NCBI GenBank assembly: GCA_963700635.1
Contig: CAVOYH010000003.1
Coordinates: 640,001 to 704,000 of the forward strand
Origin: an uncultured Bacteroidota bacterium
Lineage (GTDB): Bacteria > Bacteroidota > Ignavibacteria > UBA10030 > UBA6906
Direction of reading: 5' to 3'
DNA: 64,000 nucleotides
Position numbers and translations under genes: made by a program. The notes under the pieces are model-generated. The model saw only the letters and a program-made list of their open reading frames with translations, did not search any database and was not told where the DNA came from. Below are positions 52,170 to 60,420 of the stretch, one piece after another; the stretch's first letter is position 1, and the number at the start of each line of letters is the position of its first letter.

Positions 52170-53533
52170 TCACCAGGATCACAGCATATTTCCGGCGTAT
52201 GTTCTTTGAAGGAACTCCGCGCAGCATCCAGACGAAGCAGAACATTGTGGGATTGTTCTTGCTCAGGGGGATTTCTGTAGCAATCAATTTTGTTCTTGTG
52301 CCTCTGACGCTTACCTATCTGTCGAAGGACAAATATGGTATCTGGCTGACCATGAGTTCCATTCTGGCGTGGGTCATGTGGCTGGATGTTGGTCTCGGCA
52401 ACGGCCTGCGGAACCGCTTCGCACTCGCCCTCGCCCACGGAGACAAGAAGCTGGCACGGAGTTATGTCAGCACGACGTATCTCTTCGTCGGCCTGATCAG
52501 TCTCGCTCTGTTCCTTGCCTTTATGGCCATCCAGCCACTGCTCTCCTGGAGCGGCATTCTGAATGCTCCGCCGGCCCTCAACGCAGAATTGACACAATTG
52601 GCAGTAATTGTATTCCTCTTTTTCTGTATCCGCCTGGTCGCGGGACTGATAGGCACCATCCTTGTTGCCGATCAGCAGCCGGCGTTGAGCAGTGTCATGG
52701 AGGTGCTCATCAATGCGTTCTCGCTGGTGGCCATATTCGTTCTGGTCAAGACCGTTCCCGAGTCGCTTTTCTGGCTGGGAACTTGCATGACCGGCATCAT
52801 GGTGGTGGTTCCTTTGATGGGCAACTTCTGGTTGTTCCGCGGGAAATACCGGGAGTATGCACCTTCCTTCCGCTTCGTCCAGGTTGTGCATGCACGCGGC
52901 CTCATCAATATCGGATCGCAATTTTTCGTGTTGCAGCTGGCCGGACTGGTCCTTTTCACCAGCGCCAACATCATTATCACACAGCTGTCTGGTCCCGGCG
53001 ACGTGACACAGTACAATATCGCCTACAAATATTTTGGTGTACCCGCCATGGGATTCACCGTGTTGTTGACGCCGTTCTGGTCTGCATACACGGAGGCGTT
53101 TGCCCGCGGCGACACGGCATGGATCGAGATGACTTTCAGGAAACTGAAGAAAATCCTTTTCCTGTTCTCGATTCTGGTTGTGGCCATGGTTCTCCTCGCC
53201 GACGAGGTCTATCTCCTCTGGATCGGACCTGCGATCCAGATTCCGTTTTCCCTCTCGGCTACGATGGGAGCATATGTGCTGATTGTTGCATGGAGTAGCA
53301 TATTTTCGTACTTTATCAACGGAATTGGCAAAATCCGGCTGCAACTTTTCATCGCTATCATTATGTCCATCACAATGATTCCGCTTGCCCTCTTCCTTGC
53401 AGGACCGCTGGGCCTGGGCACAACGGGTGTCATTCTGGCGATATGCATTGTCCTCCTTCCCGGGGCAGTTCTCTGGCCGATTCAAACGCGCAAACTCCTG
53501 AGCGGCCGCACAACGGGAATATGGACACAATGA
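52166..53533 (+). CDS. second Wzx/MATE-like flippase
   Basis: VPLTLTYL...YGIWLT, DVGLGNGLRN, PFWSAYTEA, NGIGK; start at ATG 52166. Confidence 0.85.
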   Translation: MITRITAYFRRMFFEGTPRSIQTKQNIVGLFLLRGISVAINFVLVPLTLTYLSKDKYGIWLTMSSILAWVMWLDVGLGNGLRNRFALALAHGDKKLARSYVSTTYLFVGLISLALFLAFMAIQPLLSWSGILNAPPALNAELTQLAVIVFLFFCIRLVAGLIGTILVADQQPALSSVMEVLINAFSLVAIFVLVKTVPESLFWLGTCMTGIMVVVPLMGNFWLFRGKYREYAPSFRFVQVVHARGLINIGSQFFVLQLAGLVLFTSANIIITQLSGPGDVTQYNIAYKYFGVPAMGFTVLLTPFWSAYTEAFARGDTAWIEMTFRKLKKILFLFSILVVAMVLLADEVYLLWIGPAIQIPFSLSATMGAYVLIVAWSSIFSYFINGIGKIRLQLFIAIIMSITMIPLALFLAGPLGLGTTGVILAICIVLLPGAVLWPIQTRKLLSGRTTGIWTQ

Positions 53534-53542
53534 CGTCTCCCC

Positions 53543-54520
53543 ATGAGTCTGACTGATTTCCTCGTTTCTCATTTTGCACCCCTCAGGCGCCGGCTGGCAC
53601 AGTTGAATGATATGACACGTCGCCTCGACGATCTGCAGATGGCCGTCGGCCGTATCGAACAACACCTGACCATTCCTCACGCACAGTCGCGTGTTCCCCT
53701 TCACCGGTACGAATTCAAGGCATATTCCCAGTGGGGGGAAGATGGCATTATCCAGTACCTTATCCATGCACTGCCTATCGAAACATCGGTGTTCGTTGAG
53801 TTCGGCGTTCACGACTACCGCGAATCGAACACACGTTTCCTTCTGCAACACGACAACTGGACCGGTCTGGTGATGGACGCCTCCCAGGAGTACATTAACA
53901 CAATCAAGAAGGATCCTGTCTATTACCGCCATAACCTCCGGGCAGTTCGTGCGTTTATCGACCGCGAAAACATTAATGCGCTTCTTCGACAGAACGATAT
54001 CACGGGTGATATCGGACTGCTCTCCATCGACATTGACGGGAACGACTACTGGGTATGGGAGGCTATTGAGTGTATCACCCCGCGCATTGTCATCTGTGAA
54101 TACGACAGCCTCCTGGGACCCGACAGGAAAGTGGTTACACCGTACAATCCGAAATTCGATCGGCTGCAGGCCCACTATTCGTTTCTCTATGGCGGGGCAT
54201 CAATCGCAGCCCTTGATCACCTGGCGCAACGCAAGGGATATACGCTCGTGGGGTCCAACAGCGCCGGCAACAACGCGTTTTTCGTGCGCACGGACATCCT
54301 CGGCGATATCCCCGCCTCCACCCCCCGTGAAGCATACATCCAGGCACAGTTCAGACATTCACATGATCATGATGGCAGTTATACGTTTCGCCCGTTTGAC
54401 GAGTGTCTGCAGCTGATTGCCGATTTGCCTGTTGTGGACGTCGAACAGAATACAACCTTGCCCATTCGGGACATCTTCCCCGTATCGCCGTCACCTTCAT
54501 CCATCCCTCCACATCGGTGA
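53543..54520 (+). CDS. FkbM-like methyltransferase-fold protein
   Basis: YSQWGEDG, FVEFG...ESNT, SIDIDGNDYW, ICEY, NAFFVR. Confidence 0.7.
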   Translation: MSLTDFLVSHFAPLRRRLAQLNDMTRRLDDLQMAVGRIEQHLTIPHAQSRVPLHRYEFKAYSQWGEDGIIQYLIHALPIETSVFVEFGVHDYRESNTRFLLQHDNWTGLVMDASQEYINTIKKDPVYYRHNLRAVRAFIDRENINALLRQNDITGDIGLLSIDIDGNDYWVWEAIECITPRIVICEYDSLLGPDRKVVTPYNPKFDRLQAHYSFLYGGASIAALDHLAQRKGYTLVGSNSAGNNAFFVRTDILGDIPASTPREAYIQAQFRHSHDHDGSYTFRPFDECLQLIADLPVVDVEQNTTLPIRDIFPVSPSPSSIPPHR

Positions 54521-54529
54521 GGCCGCTTC

Positions 54530-55000
54530 ATGGCTGAAACACTCGGTTCCTTGTGCGACAAGCTGACCGTAGTGAAGCTCAAGGAGTGGCATACGGAAGA
54601 TCCCGCGCGTCTGGAGAACATCCGCCGTCAGGAGCAACAGCTCCAGCAGGAGATTTCCGAGTATCTCGCGGGTGCCTTTGCCGGACAGATTCCGGTTGAG
54701 CGGCTTACCTTCGCATCGAACAAAGTCTACAAGAAAGAAGGGAACCCGGTCCCGGACGTGCAGGGGAATATCGGTGCGGTCTTTTCGCGCCTTGCCGACG
54801 TGAACTGCCGCCTGTGGCACACCCAGGAACAAGTCTATGAATTCGAGAAGGTGCCTGCTGGTGAGAAGGACAATGTCATCAAACAGCTGGCCATTCTGAA
54901 CCTTGAACGCACGCGCTGCATCGATCAGATCGATCGCGTCTTTAAGGATGGTATCGAGGCCCTCCGTGGCCGGGGAACTGCACCGCACGCGTCGTCGTAA
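54530..55000 (+). CDS. helical hypothetical protein, DUF4254/DUF6165-like
   Basis: ETLGSLCDKL..KLK.WH at the N-terminus; N..LWH.QE...N.ER...ID.ID at the C-terminus. Confidence 0.65.
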   Translation: MAETLGSLCDKLTVVKLKEWHTEDPARLENIRRQEQQLQQEISEYLAGAFAGQIPVERLTFASNKVYKKEGNPVPDVQGNIGAVFSRLADVNCRLWHTQEQVYEFEKVPAGEKDNVIKQLAILNLERTRCIDQIDRVFKDGIEALRGRGTAPHASS

Positions 55001-55011
55001 CGAGGATACCC

Positions 55012-56271
55012 ATGCATCTCATTCATCGTCAGACTTGCCGTGTGTGCGGGTCTTCCGCATTAACCCGCGTCATTGACCTGGGAGAACAGTATTTGCAGGG
55101 GTCGTTTGTCAAGCCCGGTGAGGAACCCCCGCCAGCGCGGCGTATTCCCACAGTCCTGGTACGCTGTAATCCTCTTCTGGACGAGAAAGCATGCGGCCTC
55201 CTTCAGATGGAAAGCACTGTTCCGCCCGAGGTCCTGTATTCGTCATACTGGTACCGGTCCGGAACCAACCAGACCATGCGTTCTCACCTGCAGGAAATCG
55301 CCGAACAGGCACTGACGATGAGCGGACAGGTGGCGGGGCGGGCGCTGGATATCGGCTGCAATGACGGGACGCTGCTCCGTTGTTACCCCGCAACAATGAC
55401 AAAGGTGGGCATTGATCCGTCAGATATCGCGCAGGAGATCTCCGGCGACATCACGGTCATTCAGGATGTGTTTCCTTCAAATGAACTCGTGACGCGTATG
55501 GGGGAGACACTCTTTGACATCATCACATCCATTGCCATGTTCTACGATCTCGAGGATCCCGTCGCGTTTACCCGGGGAATCAAACGGATGCTCGCTCCCG
55601 ACGGCCTGTGGGTCTTTGAGATGTCGTACATGCCCCTTATGCTGAAGATGAATTCCTACGACACCATCTGCCATGAACATCTGGAATACTACAGTCTGGC
55701 GGTGATCGAGAACATCCTGCGCCGCGCCGAGATGAAAGTGGTGAACGCCGAATTGAACAGTATTAATGGCGGAAGTATCCGGTGTTTTGCCACCCACACC
55801 AGCTCGTTTGCCTACCGCAGAGAAGAGTTCGCTCAAAATCTTCAGCGCCTCCGTCAGGATGAATTTGATCTTGAACTCGACACGGACAAACCGTACAAGA
55901 ACTTCCAGGATCATATCAATGTGCACCGGGAAGAGCTGATGTCCCTCCTCAAGAAACTGAAGAAGGAAGGAAAAAGGATCCATCTGTACGGGGCATCCAC
56001 GAAGGGCAATACCATACTCCAGTGGTGCGGTATCGACAACCGTATCGTGGATGTTGCAGCCGATCGCAACCCGGACAAACACGGCGCATTCACGCTCGGC
56101 ACGGATATCCCGATCGTCAGTGAAGAGCAGTCCCGCGCCATGCAGCCGGATTATTATCTGGTCCTCCCCTGGCACTTCAAAGGCGAGTTCCTCCAGCGCG
56201 AGAAGGCCATGCTCGACCGGGGAACCAGGCTTATCTTCCCTCTGCCGACCATTGAAGTCGTCGCACAATGA
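55012..56271 (+). CDS. NDP-sugar C-methyltransferase (zinc-binding, TcaB9/EryBIII-like)
   Basis: CRVCG zinc site, YWYRSG, DIGCNDG, YDTICHEH, YGASTKG, LPWHF. Confidence 0.9.
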   Translation: MHLIHRQTCRVCGSSALTRVIDLGEQYLQGSFVKPGEEPPPARRIPTVLVRCNPLLDEKACGLLQMESTVPPEVLYSSYWYRSGTNQTMRSHLQEIAEQALTMSGQVAGRALDIGCNDGTLLRCYPATMTKVGIDPSDIAQEISGDITVIQDVFPSNELVTRMGETLFDIITSIAMFYDLEDPVAFTRGIKRMLAPDGLWVFEMSYMPLMLKMNSYDTICHEHLEYYSLAVIENILRRAEMKVVNAELNSINGGSIRCFATHTSSFAYRREEFAQNLQRLRQDEFDLELDTDKPYKNFQDHINVHREELMSLLKKLKKEGKRIHLYGASTKGNTILQWCGIDNRIVDVAADRNPDKHGAFTLGTDIPIVSEEQSRAMQPDYYLVLPWHFKGEFLQREKAMLDRGTRLIFPLPTIEVVAQ

Positions 56272-57137
56272 AGGCGTTGATATTCGGGGCGAACGGGCAG
56301 GACGGCTATTATCTTGCGCAGGCATGCCGGGAGAGAGGGATCAACCCTGTCGCCATCGACCTGTCGGGAGAGATGATCCACGGCGATGTCGGCGACTTTG
56401 ACTTTGTGTCGCGCCTGATCCACGAACACACTCCCGGCTACGTGGTCCATCTTGCCGCCCGTTCCACAACCCGGCACGACGCCCTCTTCGCAAATCATTC
56501 CACGATCAGCACCGGTACCATCAACATCCTCGAGGCAGTCTATCGGGCAGGTGCACAGGCACGGATACTACTCTGTGGCAGCGGCGTGCAGTTTCAAAAC
56601 GACGGTACTCCTATTTCCGAACAGACCCCGTTTGCCGCGACCAGTCCGTATGCGATTGCACGTATTCACTCGGTGTATGCCGCCCGGTATTACCGCATGC
56701 TCGGCGTACAAGCGTATGTGGCCTACCTCTTCCACCATGAAAGTCCGCGGCGTCCCCCCGACCACATCAGCCAGCGGATTGTACAAGCGGTCCGGGCTAT
56801 ACGCGACGGCTCGGGAGAGATCCTTGACATCGGCGACCTCACCGTCGCAAAGGAATGGACCTTCGCCGGGGATGTGGTCGATGGGATGATGCGACTCCTG
56901 GAACAACACACGGTCTTCGAAGCGGTGATCGGTTCCGGGGTGACGCACACTATTCAGGAGTGGATCGAGGTGTGTTTTGGTCTGGCCGGTCTGGATTGGC
57001 GGACGTATGTCCGGCAGAAGGAAGAGTTTCTCCCTGAGTACCAGCGTTTATGCTCTGACCCCGGACTGATCCACAGCCTGGGCTGGACCCCTCGCGTCGG
57101 GTTTGATGAACTTGCATCATTGATGATGCAGTCATGA
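56268..57137 (+). CDS. GMD/RMD-like extended SDR (NDP-sugar epimerase/dehydratase family) with a non-canonical active site
   Basis: GANGQDGYYL, HLAA, SPYAIAR, FHHESPRR. Confidence 0.85.
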   Translation: MKALIFGANGQDGYYLAQACRERGINPVAIDLSGEMIHGDVGDFDFVSRLIHEHTPGYVVHLAARSTTRHDALFANHSTISTGTINILEAVYRAGAQARILLCGSGVQFQNDGTPISEQTPFAATSPYAIARIHSVYAARYYRMLGVQAYVAYLFHHESPRRPPDHISQRIVQAVRAIRDGSGEILDIGDLTVAKEWTFAGDVVDGMMRLLEQHTVFEAVIGSGVTHTIQEWIEVCFGLAGLDWRTYVRQKEEFLPEYQRLCSDPGLIHSLGWTPRVGFDELASLMMQS

Positions 57138-58216
57138 CCGCCTCTGCCCCGCGCATACTGCTCGGTCACCTTGCTGCATTTGGAGACTGCCTGTATGCCA
57201 CGGTGATCACCAGACAGATCAAACAGGATTTCCCAGGGAGCCATCTGACCTGGGCAATCGCTGCGCCGTTCCGGCAGATTGCCGATGGTAACCCGTATGT
57301 TGACGACATCTGGGAAATTCCCCTGTCGAGAGCCGAAGCCGAATCAACAGGATGGAGAACGTTTGTTGCCAGCGCACAAAGCCGGAAAATCAACGGTGAC
57401 TTTGATCTCCTCTTCCTTACGCAGATTCCGCCCGACAATTTTCAGAATTTTGACGGGACCGTGCGGGCATCCATCTTCCATGGTTACCCCCATCCGATCA
57501 CTGTTCCGCTCGCACCGGTGCTCCGGCTCCCGGCCGGGGACGTGGAGCGTGTCCGGCAATTCGCGGAACAGAATGGCCTCGCACGCTACCGCCATGTAGT
57601 GCTGTTTGAATGTGCGGGACTGAGCGGACAGACTTTCGTCACACAAGATTTTGCTCTCTCGACAGCCCGGTTACTTCTGGAAAAGGGTCTGGACTGTTGT
57701 TTCGTCATTTCATCGGCGAATGCCTTGTCTTCACAGGACCCCCGGATCATCGATGCAAGCTGCCTCCGCTTTCGGGAAAACGCAGAACTCACAAAATATG
57801 CCACCTTGTTTGTCGGCTGTTCGTCGGGTATTACCTGGTTATCAACGTCCGATTGGGCTAAACCACTTCCGACTATTCAGCTCCTACGCAAGGCGACATC
57901 CATTTACGCCTCCATGGTGCATGATGCGGAACATTTTGGACTCCCCCATGATCATATCATAGAGATAACGGACTGCGCTCCCGCTCATCTTGCGCGGTGC
58001 ATCCAAACCGTCATGACAGAAACGTTTCAGGATGCCCGCACGCAATTCCACGAGAGGCTTCGTGTCAACCATCAATTCTACTTCAACATATTCTTTATCC
58101 CGATCGTAAAGCGGGGGCAGGTGAGAAAGGCACTGTCTTCGCTCAGACGGGTCATCCGCCGTTACGGTGTCCGTGCAATCACGGATACGGTGAAGGCAGT
58201 CTTTGAAGACCTCTGA
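57134..58216 (+). CDS. glycosyltransferase family 9-like
   Basis: HLAAFGDCLYAT, FPGSHLTW, NPYVD, FVGCSSG. Confidence 0.7.
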   Translation: MTASAPRILLGHLAAFGDCLYATVITRQIKQDFPGSHLTWAIAAPFRQIADGNPYVDDIWEIPLSRAEAESTGWRTFVASAQSRKINGDFDLLFLTQIPPDNFQNFDGTVRASIFHGYPHPITVPLAPVLRLPAGDVERVRQFAEQNGLARYRHVVLFECAGLSGQTFVTQDFALSTARLLLEKGLDCCFVISSANALSSQDPRIIDASCLRFRENAELTKYATLFVGCSSGITWLSTSDWAKPLPTIQLLRKATSIYASMVHDAEHFGLPHDHIIEITDCAPAHLARCIQTVMTETFQDARTQFHERLRVNHQFYFNIFFIPIVKRGQVRKALSSLRRVIRRYGVRAITDTVKAVFEDL

Positions 58217-58219
58217 CAC

Positions 58220-59203
58220 ATGACCACCGCTCCCCAAAAAGTACTAAAGCGTGACGCCCGTCCGGTTCGCGTGACCGTCCTGGTAACAAACTGGAACGGA
58301 CAAGAGTACCTGCGGGAGTGCCTGACTTCCATCGGCGAAATGACCCGCCATGTTCTCTGTGAAGTTGTCGTGGTGGATGATGCCTCCACGGATGACAGCG
58401 TCAGCATGATCAGAACGGTATTTCCCGATGTCAACCTGGTGATCAACCCGGTGAACCTGGGATTTGTGGGGGCCAACAATGTCGGGGTCCGGCATGCGAC
58501 CGGAAGTTATATTCTGCTCTTAAACTCAGACACGGTTCTCCTGAACGACGCCGTGAGTATTCTTGCAGAGTACATGGAACGGCACCCCGATGTCGCCATC
58601 TGCGGTCCGGCCCTGACCGGTGCAGACGGACTGCCGCAGGTATCATACGGCTGGCCCCCTTCCTTTCTGCAGGGGCTTGTTGATGCGTTTTTCCTGAACG
58701 ATCTGTTTCCCGGAATGGGGCTTCCTTCACGCGCCATTGCTCCGGCACCTTCGAACGACGGCGCACGCCCCGTGCAGTATGTAAGCGGCGCTGCCCTGAT
58801 GGTTCGAACCTCTCTGGTAGCGAAGTACGGTTTGTTTGACGACAGATTCAAGGCGTACTGTGAAGAAGTGGATCTGTGCCAACGTATTATGCGGTCAACA
58901 CACTACCGGGTGTTCTTCGTCCCTTCGGCTCACGTCCGCCACTATGAAGGCAAATCATACGGGCAGCTGGGCGCCGGGCGGATTCGCCTGGTATATGAAA
59001 GTTATGACAAGTACCTGGTAAAATACCACGGGAAGGTGTATTCTTTTGCCACACGACTGCTGTATGCCTGGCATTATGCCGTGAAGTATATCCTCCGGGG
59101 AGTTCTCTACCTTCTGGCAACCCCGGAGAAACGTCAGGGTCGCGCCGATGCTTTACGGCATGCGTTGTACAGTGCCCGGTATAGCCTGTGGCCATACGAG
59201 TAA
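58220..59203 (+). CDS. glycosyltransferase family 2
   Basis: TNWNG, VDDASTD, NLGF, LLNSD, SGAALM, EEVD. Confidence 0.9.
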   Translation: MTTAPQKVLKRDARPVRVTVLVTNWNGQEYLRECLTSIGEMTRHVLCEVVVVDDASTDDSVSMIRTVFPDVNLVINPVNLGFVGANNVGVRHATGSYILLLNSDTVLLNDAVSILAEYMERHPDVAICGPALTGADGLPQVSYGWPPSFLQGLVDAFFLNDLFPGMGLPSRAIAPAPSNDGARPVQYVSGAALMVRTSLVAKYGLFDDRFKAYCEEVDLCQRIMRSTHYRVFFVPSAHVRHYEGKSYGQLGAGRIRLVYESYDKYLVKYHGKVYSFATRLLYAWHYAVKYILRGVLYLLATPEKRQGRADALRHALYSARYSLWPYE

Positions 59204-59213
59204 CGTCAGGGTC

Positions 59214-60395
59214 ATGAAACAACTCCTTTTCTTTTCAGACATCCCATGGGAATATCTCTACCAGCGCCCGCAGCACCTTGCCACGCGTCTGGCAGGGCGC
59301 TGGCCGGTTCTCTGGATAGAACCGGCAACGCTCGGTTCTCCCCGGAAATGGTCCCCCGTCCGCGTACGGGATCACTTTCACGTCCTCACGCTCCCGCTGT
59401 TCCCGCACAATGCCCGTAACCAGCATGTGCGCCGTATCTCCCGGCTCCTGGGCGTTCTCCCACCGGTACGCTGGCTGCTCCATCACGTTCAGCGGATTCT
59501 GATACAACGGGCTCTGCGTAAGCTCAACATCAACCGTAAGACCATCGCTGCTGTTGTCGAGAACTTTCAATTTATTTCGCTCATCGAGTACCTTCGTCCG
59601 ACGACACTACTGTTCGACTACATCGACGATGCATTTGGATTTATTGAGTACCCGGAATACGTGCGGGAAGAGTGGCAACGGACGATCCGACAGGCAACAG
59701 TGATCACCGCTACAACGCCAACCCTTCAACGGCACATTGAACGGGAACGGTCCGTCCACGTGTCGCTGGTGGAAAATGGCGTGGAGACGGCTGCATACAT
59801 GCCGGACAGTCCGCCACTACGACCGGCCGATCTGCCTCCCGCACACAGACCCATCATCATTTATGTTGGTACGATAGCCCGGTGGTTTGATTGTGCGCTG
59901 CTGGAAAAAGCACTGCGCGGGCTCCCGCAGTTTGATTTTGCCCTTGTCGGTCCGGTTCACCCCGAGACTGAGCCCCGGTTGACGGAGATGCGCAAATTTA
60001 CGAACTTGTATGTTCTCGGACAGCGTGCACATACCGCCATACCGGCGTATCTTCTCGCCAGCACGGTCGGGATGATCCCCTTTTCCAGAACCCGTCTGAC
60101 AGAGGGGGTGAACCCGGTCAAGTTGTATGAATATGCGGCGGCCGGTCTGCCGATTGTGACCACCGCATTTTCCGATGATCTTGAACGCTTTCACGATGTG
60201 GCGTTCATCGGCCGCACACCGGAACAGTTCATAACTCTATTACATTCCGCTGTCACACGCGCACGCGAGGACGATTATGTGAAGCGCCTCAGGACCTTCG
60301 CGGTGCAGAACGACTGGAGTACACGGTCCGATACAATCATCTCACTCCTGCTGCAACAGACACACAACCAGAAGAGTGCTGCAGAGCAGCCATGA
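59214..60395 (+). CDS. GT-B glycosyltransferase (TuaH-like, GT4-related)
   Basis: QRPQHLA, FDYIDD, NGV, YVGTI, PVKLYEYAAAG; start at ATG 59214. Confidence 0.85.
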   Translation: MKQLLFFSDIPWEYLYQRPQHLATRLAGRWPVLWIEPATLGSPRKWSPVRVRDHFHVLTLPLFPHNARNQHVRRISRLLGVLPPVRWLLHHVQRILIQRALRKLNINRKTIAAVVENFQFISLIEYLRPTTLLFDYIDDAFGFIEYPEYVREEWQRTIRQATVITATTPTLQRHIERERSVHVSLVENGVETAAYMPDSPPLRPADLPPAHRPIIIYVGTIARWFDCALLEKALRGLPQFDFALVGPVHPETEPRLTEMRKFTNLYVLGQRAHTAIPAYLLASTVGMIPFSRTRLTEGVNPVKLYEYAAAGLPIVTTAFSDDLERFHDVAFIGRTPEQFITLLHSAVTRAREDDYVKRLRTFAVQNDWSTRSDTIISLLLQQTHNQKSAAEQP

Positions 60396-60420
60396 CATTT
60401 CCTAAGGACGGGCATACGCC

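Noticed and set aside
52073-54175. 700-aa antisense ORF (also 2877-4133, 7757-8719, 24885-26063, 41464-42474 and others)
   Set aside because: These are shadows of real genes on the opposite strand, with no motifs. Long antisense frames are expected with this GC-rich codon usage.
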